Origin: Myxococcota bacterium
Lineage (GTDB): Bacteria > Myxococcota > UBA4151
DNA: 39,026 bases
Direction: 5' to 3'
Assembly (NCBI GenBank): GCA_040260805.1
Contig: JBDQPD010000024.1
Coordinates: 1 to 39,026 of the forward strand
This document shows positions 1 to 7,902 of this stretch, piece by piece. Position 1 is the stretch's first letter. Each line of letters opens with the position of its first letter. The notes under the pieces were generated by a model. That model searched no databases, had not been told where the DNA came from, and saw only the letters and a program-made list of their open reading frames with translations. A program made the translations under genes and the position numbers.

Positions 1-142
1 ACCGGCGTCCGGACCGCATCGATCAGAAATGCCTCAGGCATGTTTACTCCTCCAAGAGCCACGATTGAGCGCGCTCAATCGTGGCTCTTGGAGGAGTAAA
101 CATGCCTGAGGCATTTCTGATCGATGCGGTCCGGACGCCGGT
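1..142. repeat. Perfect 142-bp palindrome (71-bp arms, no loop) at the window start
   Basis: Bases 1-71 are the exact reverse complement of 72-142, with the centre at GATTGAGCG|CGCTCAATC. The left arm is an inverted copy of the thiolase RBS and first codons. Confidence 0.97.
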
Positions 143-1256
143 GGGGCGACGACGAGGAGGTCTTGCCCAAGTCCACCCTGCAGATCTGGGCGCCCATGTT
201 CTGCAAGCCTTGATCGCTCGGGCCGGGGTGCCGGATGAAGCCATTGATGACGTGGTCTTTGGCTGCGTCGATTCGGTGGGACCGCAAGCCGGTGACATCG
301 CACGAACCTGTTGGCTCGCCGCAGGGTTTCATGAATCGGTTCCGGGGGTCACCATCGATCGCCAGTGCGGATCCTCGCAACAAGCGGTCCATTTTGCGGC
401 TCAAGGTGTGATGTCGGGAACCCAAGACTTGGTGATCGCTGGCGGCGTTCAAAATATGAGCATGATCCCCATTGGAGCCTCTATGCTCGCCGCTAAAGAG
501 CTGGGTCATAACGACCCCTTTAGTGGCTCGTCGGGCTGGATCAAGAGATATGGCGAACAGCAGGTCAATCAGTTCTATGGCGCTGAGATGATCGCGAAGC
601 GCTGGGGCTGCACTCGTAAAGAGATGGAAGCCTTCGCTTTTGACAGCCATCAACGCGCCCTGCTCGCACAAGACGAGGGTCGATTTGATGGCGAGATCTC
701 ACCGCTTCTTGGGGTGACCCAAGATGAAGGTCCACGCCCGAGCACCACCTTAGAAAAAATGGCAGAGCTTGACGTCATCATGCCCGAGGGGCGGATCACG
801 GCTGCCTGCTCATCACAGATCTCCGACGGCGCCGCAGCGCTGCTGATCGCCTCGGAGGATGCGGTCACTCGTTATGGCCTGAAACCCAGAGCACGCATCC
901 ATCACCTAAGCGTACGCGGCGCCGACCCCATCTGGATGCTCACGGCGCCGATCCCGGCGACGCTTCATGCGCTCAAGAAGACGGGGCTAAGCCTCAACGA
1001 TATCGATCTTTATGAGGTCAATGAAGCCTTCGCTTCAGTCCCGATGGCTTGGCAACGAGAGCTCAACGCTGACCCCAAAAAGCTCAACGTCAATGGCGGC
1101 GCGATCGCCCTGGGACACCCGCTCGGGGCGACCGGTGCGCGCTTGATGACGACGATGCTCAATGAACTCGAACGTCGTGGCGGACGCTACGGCTTACAAA
1201 CCATGTGCGAAGGCGGAGGCCAAGCCAACGTCACCATTATTGAGAGACTGACATGA
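102..1256 (+). CDS. Acetyl-CoA C-acyltransferase (thiolase), FadA6-like
   Basis: GGAGG RBS before ATG 102. Thiolase motifs RQCGSS (nucleophilic Cys), NEAF, GHPLGATG and MCEGGG. Sequence closely resembles actinobacterial FadA6-type thiolases (from recall). Confidence 0.93.
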   Translation: MPEAFLIDAVRTPVGRRRGGLAQVHPADLGAHVLQALIARAGVPDEAIDDVVFGCVDSVGPQAGDIARTCWLAAGFHESVPGVTIDRQCGSSQQAVHFAAQGVMSGTQDLVIAGGVQNMSMIPIGASMLAAKELGHNDPFSGSSGWIKRYGEQQVNQFYGAEMIAKRWGCTRKEMEAFAFDSHQRALLAQDEGRFDGEISPLLGVTQDEGPRPSTTLEKMAELDVIMPEGRITAACSSQISDGAAALLIASEDAVTRYGLKPRARIHHLSVRGADPIWMLTAPIPATLHALKKTGLSLNDIDLYEVNEAFASVPMAWQRELNADPKKLNVNGGAIALGHPLGATGARLMTTMLNELERRGGRYGLQTMCEGGGQANVTIIERLT

Positions 1257-2278
1257 AGCTCGGTTTAATGATCGGCTATTCTGGTGCCCATCTGGATCTA
1301 CCCGTAGATTTGGTTCAACAAGCTGAGTCGCTGGGTTACGACTCTGTTTGGATGGCTGAGGCTTGGGGTAATGACGCCTGCACTCCGCTGGGTTATTTGG
1401 CGGCGGTGACCGACCGCATTCGCCTCGGAACGGCGATCATGCAGGTCCCCGCTCGGACCCCAGCCAACGCAGCGATGACTGCGATGACGCTCGATGAGCT
1501 CAGCGGCGGTCGGTTTATTATGGGCATTGGCATGAGCGGACCCCAGGTGGTTGAGGGCTGGCACGGCAAACCCTACCGCCTGACCCTCACGCAGCTTCGA
1601 GAGTACATTCAGATCTTGCGCAAAATCTTTGCCCGTGAGGAGCCGCTTGAGTTCGAAGGAAAATACTTTCGTATTCCCTACGACGGCGAGCGCTCAACAG
1701 GCCAAGGCAAACCGCTCAAAAGCTTGATGCATGGCACCGACCGCATCCCGATCTATACCGGCAGTTTAGCACCAAAATCGCAACAAATGTGCGGCGAACT
1801 TGCCGACGGGTGCTTACTCACCAACATGATCCCCGAGGTGCCCGAAGCAGCTCTGGAGAATCTCGAGATTGGGTTTGAACGCGCCGGCAACGGCAAGAGC
1901 ATTGAGAACTTTGATCTTGCGTGCACTGTGGCGGTCGTTCTCGACGACGACCTCGAGCGAGCCAGGACGCCGCTTCGCCAACAGCTGGCTCGTTATGTGG
2001 GCGGTTTCGGCACGAAGAAGACGAACTTTTATAAAGATTATCTCAGCCGCTGCGGCTGGGCGGAAGACTGTGAAAAAATCCAAGATATTTTCCTCGCTGG
2101 AGACCACCGAAAAGCCATCGAAGCCGTGCCTAATGAGATGATCGATGCGCTGTATTTAGTGGGCCCAGAAGGTCGTATTAAGGAGCGCTTAGAGGCGTGG
2201 AAGAAGGCGCCTATCGGCACCTTTATGGTGGGCAGTCGAGACCCGCGAGTCATCCGTCTGCTCGCTGAGTGCATGTAG
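1253..2278 (+). CDS. LLM-class F420-dependent oxidoreductase (Rv3520c-like)
   Basis: MKLGLMIGY, AEAWGND, ARTPANAAMTAMTLDELSGGRF and SGPQVVEGWHG motifs. ATGA overlap with the thiolase stop. Adjacent to F420 biosynthesis genes. Confidence 0.9.
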   Translation: MKLGLMIGYSGAHLDLPVDLVQQAESLGYDSVWMAEAWGNDACTPLGYLAAVTDRIRLGTAIMQVPARTPANAAMTAMTLDELSGGRFIMGIGMSGPQVVEGWHGKPYRLTLTQLREYIQILRKIFAREEPLEFEGKYFRIPYDGERSTGQGKPLKSLMHGTDRIPIYTGSLAPKSQQMCGELADGCLLTNMIPEVPEAALENLEIGFERAGNGKSIENFDLACTVAVVLDDDLERARTPLRQQLARYVGGFGTKKTNFYKDYLSRCGWAEDCEKIQDIFLAGDHRKAIEAVPNEMIDALYLVGPEGRIKERLEAWKKAPIGTFMVGSRDPRVIRLLAECM

Positions 2279-2754
2279 TCCTCTTGAGCCGGCTACCTTG
2301 GGCGCTAGTCATCCCTCTAACGCTTGTTGGTGTGGCCTGTTCCGACCCTGAACCCGCCGCGAAAGCCGTCCCGCCTGTGGCGGTAAAGCCCAAAGCTCCA
2401 AAACCATTTATGGCGCCATTAATTCCCAAGATGCAGGGGATCAATGAGCACATGGAGACGCTGGTTAGCGCGATTAAAGACTCGGATAAAGACAAGGCAT
2501 CGCAAGCTGCAATGTACATCGACTTGCTCGCACAAGCGATCCATACGACGCATGATCTGCAGCCGGGCTACGGCGACCAATTCGAGCCGATCGCCAACGA
2601 ATTCAAGGCGGCGAGCGCGGCGATGCGTGTGGCGCTGAATCAAGGCGCCGAAGCGACTCAAAAAGCGCTTCGACGTTTGCATGACCAATGCTTGCGTTGT
2701 CACGACCAAGCGCCCGCTGCTGCCGGCGCCGGTGTGTGTCAAATCGCAGACTAG
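2269..2754 (+). CDS. Monoheme cytochrome c lipoprotein, probable class II four-helix bundle
   Basis: Hydrophobic signal with lipobox-like LVGVAC, Pro/Ala/Lys linker, helical body and one C-terminal CxxCH (CLRCH). Exact start uncertain (GTG 2269 or TTG 2284). Confidence 0.72.
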   Translation: MHVVLLSRLPWALVIPLTLVGVACSDPEPAAKAVPPVAVKPKAPKPFMAPLIPKMQGINEHMETLVSAIKDSDKDKASQAAMYIDLLAQAIHTTHDLQPGYGDQFEPIANEFKAASAAMRVALNQGAEATQKALRRLHDQCLRCHDQAPAAAGAGVCQIAD

Positions 2755-3383
2755 CGGTCGCGCAAGCCTTCAATGCGAAGGCTCGCGCTGCCCCCGTACT
2801 TACGATTCAAATGCAAAAGGACAGGCGTCATCGATTCCAAGGCGACCGTGTTTCGCAAAGGTCCGGCGTCGAGAACATCAACACCGAGCTGCGCGATCAG
2901 CGGCAACATGGCCTCTCGGTCAGCCTTCGCGCCACAGACCAACACATCGCCGGCGATTCGGTGATCTAAATCTGCCAGATGAGTGTGGCTGATGTGGTGA
3001 AGCGCTGCCACGACCCTGCCCTCTTCACCAAGAATCGCTTGCGCCTCCATAGCCGCAGCCTGTCCCTCAGGGAGGAAGACCTGACGCACCTTTGGCGGCT
3101 TGAGCGGGACGGTAATATCGATCACGATACGCCCGCCCAATAAGGGCTTGATCGCCTCAAGAACCAGCCGGTGAGCGGAGTAAGGGACACAAAGCATCGC
3201 AAGGTCCGCGCCCTCGAGGGCGAAGGCATAGTCGCCCCCCAAGACGCCGAGCTCACCGGCGACCTGCGCACCACGCTCGGGATCGCGAGATCCCAAACGA
3301 ACAGCGATCCCGGCTCGAGTAAAACGCTGAGCGAGCCCGCGGCCTTCTTGCCCGGTCCCGCCGATCAAAGCGATGGTGGTCAT
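2751..3383 (-). CDS. npdG: NADPH-dependent F420 reductase (F420H2:NADP+ oxidoreductase)
   Basis: Rossmann motif GGTGQEG, plus GSR, DITVPL, DVLVCG and [19 protein letters not shown] motifs. AAGGAG RBS. Confidence 0.93.
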   Translation of the reverse strand: MTTIALIGGTGQEGRGLAQRFTRAGIAVRLGSRDPERGAQVAGELGVLGGDYAFALEGADLAMLCVPYSAHRLVLEAIKPLLGGRIVIDITVPLKPPKVRQVFLPEGQAAAMEAQAILGEEGRVVAALHHISHTHLADLDHRIAGDVLVCGAKADREAMLPLIAQLGVDVLDAGPLRNTVALESMTPVLLHLNRKYGGSASLRIEGLRDR

Positions 3384-3445
3384 AATCTACTCCTTATGCT
3401 GGGCTACGGTTGACCAAAAAAGGCACCGCGTACAAGAGCAAGGCC

Positions 3446-4210
3446 ATGATCTGTGAAGGACTCACCGCCGATCCCATCATCGGCCTACCAACGATCGAGC
3501 CAGGAGATGACCTGGCGAGCCTGCTGGTGCAGGCATGTCGAGAAGCAGGCGGACTGCGCGCAGGCGATATTGTCGTCGTGGTGTCCAAGGTGATTGCGCG
3601 CGCTCAGGACCGATTCGTTGACCTGGCGAGCGTGCGGCCAGACCCGACCTCGGTAAAGCTAAGCCGGGTGGTCAAAAAGGATCCACGTCTGGTCCATTTG
3701 ATTCTGGGTGAGAGCCAAAAACTCTCGCGCACGGCGCCGGGGGTGATGATCGTTCGCCACAAACTCGGGTTTGTCTCGGCAAACGCAGGGATCGACGCGA
3801 GCAACGTCGGACGAGACGGCGACTGGGTGTTGCTTCTACCTAAAGATCCCGACGCCTCCGCCGCCACGATTCGAGCGGCACTTGAAGCAGCCTTCGAGGC
3901 GCCGATCGGGGTGGTGGTCTCGGACTCCCATGGGCGCCCATTTCGTAAAGGCACCCAAGGCATCGCTATCGGACTTTCAGGGGTCCCGGCGATGCTCGAC
4001 CAACGCGGTGAATCGGATCGCTTTGGGCGCGTGATGCAGCACACTGAATTGCCTTTAGCTGATCAGGTTGCGGGTGTGGCTGACCTGGTCGCTGGCGCTG
4101 GCGATGAAGGCATCGCTGCGGTTCGTCTGCGCGGGATCGCATGGGCGCCTGATGAAGCCGCTCGAGCGAGCGACCTTCAGAGGCCTGCAGATCGCGATTT
4201 GTACGCATGA
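3446..4210 (+). CDS. cofE: Coenzyme F420-0:L-glutamate ligase, stand-alone (no nitroreductase domain)
   Basis: GLPTIEPGDDL, VVVSKVI, ANAGIDASN, LLLPKDPDASA and SDSHGRPFRKG motifs; ends DLY. ATG 3446 preferred over TTG 3410. Confidence 0.95.
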   Translation: MICEGLTADPIIGLPTIEPGDDLASLLVQACREAGGLRAGDIVVVVSKVIARAQDRFVDLASVRPDPTSVKLSRVVKKDPRLVHLILGESQKLSRTAPGVMIVRHKLGFVSANAGIDASNVGRDGDWVLLLPKDPDASAATIRAALEAAFEAPIGVVVSDSHGRPFRKGTQGIAIGLSGVPAMLDQRGESDRFGRVMQHTELPLADQVAGVADLVAGAGDEGIAAVRLRGIAWAPDEAARASDLQRPADRDLYA

Positions 4211-5130
4211 AGGTCGTGGCTTTATCGGGGGGAGTCGGAGGCGCACGACTGGTCGATGGACTCGCTTCATCGCTCCCCGCTGATGAGCTTGAGGTCATCG
4301 TCAACACCGGAGACGACTTTGGTCATTGCGGTCTGTGGATCTGCCCTGATCTGGACACCGTGATGTATACCCTGTCGGGACGAGCGCCGGTCGAACGCGG
4401 CTGGGGCTTGGCTCAAGAAAACTACCGCGCCATGGAGGGGCTCAAGGCCTTGGGCGGGCCCGACTGGTTCGCCTTATCCGATCAGGACTTGTCCACCCAC
4501 CTGAGGCGGACTCATCGCCTAAATCAGGGTGCGAGCTTAACCACCGTGACCGCCGAGTTGATGCAGGCGCACGGTATCGAGCAGCGCATCCTGCCGATGT
4601 GCGATGCGCCCCACCCGACGACCTTACGCTGCGGCGACCAAATGCTCGACTTTCAAGAGTGGTTTGTCGCCCAGCGTGCTCAACCCGATGTCTCTGAGGT
4701 CTGCTTCCCCGAAGGCGGGATGGCGTCCAAGCAGGTCATTGAGTCGATCAACGGCGCCGACTTGATTATCGTGACGCCGTCCAACCCTTACCTCTCAGTG
4801 GACCCCATGCTGAGCTTGGCTAACCTACGAGCCGCTTTGAACCAACGACGGTGTCCTTGTATTGCGGTGAGCCCCATCGTCGGTGGACGGGCGATCAAAG
4901 GGCCCTTAGCGGAGCTGATCTCAAGCTTAGCGAACCGAAAGCCAAGCGCTGGGGCGGTCGTTGAGCACTATGGAGACTTGGTCGATGCGTGGGTGATCGA
5001 AGAAGGTGACGCGATCCAAATCAGTGCGCCCGTGCTGTCAACCCAAACGATCATGTCGGATCAAAGCAAACGAAAAATGCTCGCCTGGACTGTACTGGAG
5101 TGGTCTGAGACTCTAAGTTCCCGACCATGA
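4207..5130 (+). CDS. cofD: 2-phospho-L-lactate/PEP transferase
   Basis: LSGGVGGARL, VNTGDD, CPDLDTVMYTL, PSNPYLSV and VSPIVGGRAIKGP motifs. ATGA overlap with cofE. Confidence 0.96.
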   Translation: MKVVALSGGVGGARLVDGLASSLPADELEVIVNTGDDFGHCGLWICPDLDTVMYTLSGRAPVERGWGLAQENYRAMEGLKALGGPDWFALSDQDLSTHLRRTHRLNQGASLTTVTAELMQAHGIEQRILPMCDAPHPTTLRCGDQMLDFQEWFVAQRAQPDVSEVCFPEGGMASKQVIESINGADLIIVTPSNPYLSVDPMLSLANLRAALNQRRCPCIAVSPIVGGRAIKGPLAELISSLANRKPSAGAVVEHYGDLVDAWVIEEGDAIQISAPVLSTQTIMSDQSKRKMLAWTVLEWSETLSSRP

Positions 5131-5684
5131 ACATCCTCCTGCCCATACGCGACCCTCAGTTCGCAAAATCTCGGCTTGGGAAGGATTTGGGCGATCGCGA
5201 GCGCGAGCAATTCTATCGTCAAATGGTCGAGCGAACGGTTCGCGTGATTCAAGGCCATGCGTCCGATTTTAGCGCGTGTTTACTCTGCCCTGAGATCGAA
5301 CAAGAGGCATGGGGTCAACTCGCTAATGTCGTCTGGGTCGATGATCAGCACCCCGGTCATCTGGCTCAAGGAATTACAGAAGCGCTGAGCAACTGGAGCG
5401 CACCGGCGATCGTTTTGATGCCGGATTTGCCGCTTCTTAAGGCCAGCGACCTCTCCGCTATACTCAAGCAAACTCAAGACCTCGTGTGGATCCCTGACCG
5501 AAGAGGTCGCGGCACCAACGGCATGATCTGGCGAGCGGGGGCGCTGCCTTATCTCGCCTTTGGTCGCCCTGATTCGATGCGGATTCATCTCAACGCAACC
5601 CGCGCACCTCGCCTTTATCGCCGAGGTCTCGCTTGGGACGTCGACACCCGGGCAGACTTGGACGCGTTGCCCGAGAACCGATAG
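5127..5684 (+). CDS. cofC: 2-phospho-L-lactate/PEP/3PG guanylyltransferase (CofC/FbiD family), divergent
   Basis: P...AKSRL, MPDLPLL, PDRRGRGTN, FG..S...H and DVDTRADL motifs. ATGA overlap with cofD. Confidence 0.88.
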   Translation: MNILLPIRDPQFAKSRLGKDLGDREREQFYRQMVERTVRVIQGHASDFSACLLCPEIEQEAWGQLANVVWVDDQHPGHLAQGITEALSNWSAPAIVLMPDLPLLKASDLSAILKQTQDLVWIPDRRGRGTNGMIWRAGALPYLAFGRPDSMRIHLNATRAPRLYRRGLAWDVDTRADLDALPENR

Positions 5685-6844
5685 CGATAGCGTACGTCCT
5701 GGCGCAGTTCGGTAAAACTTCCGTAATCATCACCCCAAGCGACGGAAGGCTCCGCTTTGAGCTGCTGATAAAGGGTGGTTCGTTGCTGCGCAGGCCGATC
5801 AACCGAAGCGGCTACGCTCATCAAATCTTCAGGGGTTTGACGCTGACCATGTCCGGACCCTGCCGAGGTCGAAATACTCTCATTGATCAGGGTACCTCCC
5901 AAATCATTGGCGCCGCAGTTCAGCAGCTCAGCAGCAAAATCCATCCCCTCTTTGACCCAGCTCACCTGCAGGTTTGGGATGCGGTCGCCCAGGATCAATC
6001 GACTCGCCGCATACACCGCGCGGCGCTCATCACGCGATGGACCCGGGCGTGCTCCTCGCTGCGCGGTAAAAAGAGGCGCCTGAGTGTGCACAAAGGCGAG
6101 GGGTACAAACTCAGTGAACCCTCCGGTTCGCTCCTGAATTTGGCGCAGGACCAGCAGATGCTGAGCTTGATCGGCAGCGGTTTCAATGTGGCCAAACATC
6201 ATCGTCGATGTCGTCGGTAAATCAAGCTGATGAGCCGTCTCGATCACCTCAATCCATTGCTTCGTCGTGATCCGTCCGATCGCCAACTGCTTGCGCAGTC
6301 GATCGTCGAGAATCTCTGCTGAGGTACCCGGTACGCTGCCCAAACCTGCAGCCTTTAAATCGGTCAGAAACGACCTGATCGACACCTTACTTTGTTTGGC
6401 GCCATGCTTGATCTCTTCAGGCGACCAGGCGTGGAGGTGGAGCTCGGGAACCGCTGACTTCACCGCCTCAGTGATCTTGAGATAGACCTTGGTATCGAGG
6501 TCGGGGGCTAAGCCTGCCTGGATGCAGATCTCGCTCGCACCCATCGCCTGCGCTTGAACGGCTCGAGCCACAATTTCGTCTATGGGGAGAAAGTACCCGG
6601 CGCCGCCGCGCAGGTCGTCAGAGAAGGCGCAGAAGTGACACCGTTTGATGCAAACGTTGGTGAAGTTGATGTTGCGATTGACCACATAAGTGACCGCATC
6701 GCCCACCTGTTCAATCCTTTTACGGTTTGCCACTTCAATCATCTGCTCGAGTTGATCCGACCTCGCCGAGAGCAAGGCAGTGGCGGCGGCAGTCGACAGG
6801 GGCTGACCTGATTCAGCCAAAGCTAAGGCGAGGTTAAATTTCAT
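5615..6844 (-). CDS. cofH: FO synthase subunit CofH (radical SAM)
   Basis: VTYVVNRNINFTNVCIKRCHFCAFS (CxxxCxxC), PGTSAEIL, TMMFGHIE, GFTEFVPLAF and GANDLGGTLINESIS motifs. ATG 6844 overlaps the cofG stop (ATGA). Confidence 0.92.
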   Translation of the reverse strand: MKFNLALALAESGQPLSTAAATALLSARSDQLEQMIEVANRKRIEQVGDAVTYVVNRNINFTNVCIKRCHFCAFSDDLRGGAGYFLPIDEIVARAVQAQAMGASEICIQAGLAPDLDTKVYLKITEAVKSAVPELHLHAWSPEEIKHGAKQSKVSIRSFLTDLKAAGLGSVPGTSAEILDDRLRKQLAIGRITTKQWIEVIETAHQLDLPTTSTMMFGHIETAADQAQHLLVLRQIQERTGGFTEFVPLAFVHTQAPLFTAQRGARPGPSRDERRAVYAASRLILGDRIPNLQVSWVKEGMDFAAELLNCGANDLGGTLINESISTSAGSGHGQRQTPEDLMSVAASVDRPAQQRTTLYQQLKAEPSVAWGDDYGSFTELRQDVRYRYRFSGNASKSARVSTSQARPRR

Positions 6845-7902
6845 GCCGCAGGCACCCTTTGAAGCTCCACGCTGCGAAGCGCATCCATCAAACCCGCATC
6901 GATCCAACCGGATTGCTCGACAAATCGATCATAGACCGGAAGGCGCGGCTTGAGTTCGAACCCATGTCGACGACAACGCTGCGCCAACTGCGCCACATGC
7001 GGCCACTCATGGTTTGGATTAATGAAGTCAGGCGTGACCGGCGAAATACCGCCAAAGTCATTGATGCCCGCATCGATCAGCGCCTCGATCATCCCGGGTG
7101 CCAAATTGGGTGGCGACTGAATGGAGACCTCAACGGGTAGCTTCAATCGAGCGATGCTGATGGTCTCAATCAACATCCGATCACTCGCCCCAAGCGCATC
7201 ATGCATCAAGGTGCCGCGGTGCGGTCTAAACGGCTGAATGATGACTTCTTGTACGTGACCATGAAGCGCGTGCAGTTCGGCCAAGGTATCGAGCGCTTCT
7301 AAACGCTCTTGTTCGGTCTCACCAAAGCCCACCAGAATTCCAGTGGTGAAGGGAATCTTGAGTTCACCGGCTTGAAGAATCATCTGCCGACGAAGCGCCG
7401 GGCGCTTATCTGGCGCCTTTGCGTGCGGCATACCTTGGTCGCAGAGCCGGTCCGAGTTGGACTCAAGCATCAAGCCTAAGCTCACGTTACTTTGCCGAAG
7501 GCGCTCCATCGACGATGCGCTCAACAAGCCCGCGTTGGTGTGCGCGAGCAACCCCATGTCTTGAGCCTGGCGCGCAATCCAATCCAAGTAGTCAACTGTG
7601 CTCGAAAAACCCCATGAACGGAGCTGGCGCTGATAACTGGGAAAGCCCGTCTCGGGGGTATCCCCCAAACAAAGCAACGCTTCGATGCACCCTGATCTGT
7701 GGGCGACTCGCAGGATGTTCATGACCTCATCTGGAGACATCGTATGCGCTCCTTCTTGGTGCGGCGAACGCCTAAAGGTGCAGTAACTGCAATGATTTCT
7801 GCACAGGTTCGTCACCGGTAAGAAGACCTTCGGGCTGTAGGTTAATACCCGCCCATACATGGCGTCTCGGCGCTGCTGTGCGACCTCAAGGCTGGACTGC
7901 AT
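6841..7902 (-). CDS. cofG: FO synthase subunit CofG (radical SAM)
   Basis: LTYSPKVFLPVTNLCRNHCSYCTF, GLMLE, PFTTGILVGFGE, QEVIIQPF, QSPPNL and GINDFGGISPVTPDFINP motifs. GGAGG 6 nt before ATG 7902. Confidence 0.95.
   Translation of the reverse strand: MQSSLEVAQQRRDAMYGRVLTYSPKVFLPVTNLCRNHCSYCTFRRSPHQEGAHTMSPDEVMNILRVAHRSGCIEALLCLGDTPETGFPSYQRQLRSWGFSSTVDYLDWIARQAQDMGLLAHTNAGLLSASSMERLRQSNVSLGLMLESNSDRLCDQGMPHAKAPDKRPALRRQMILQAGELKIPFTTGILVGFGETEQERLEALDTLAELHALHGHVQEVIIQPFRPHRGTLMHDALGASDRMLIETISIARLKLPVEVSIQSPPNLAPGMIEALIDAGINDFGGISPVTPDFINPNHEWPHVAQLAQRCRRHGFELKPRLPVYDRFVEQSGWIDAGLMDALRSVELQRVPAA

Noticed and set aside
34..671. Minus-strand ORFs 34..303, 44..298 and 75..671
   Set aside because: Antisense shadows of the thiolase, partly created by the palindrome; no motifs.
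5615..6844. Alternative call as MqnC/MqnE (menaquinone radical SAM)
   Set aside because: ATGA coupling to cofG, the cofCDE context and the GGTLINESIS motif favour CofH.
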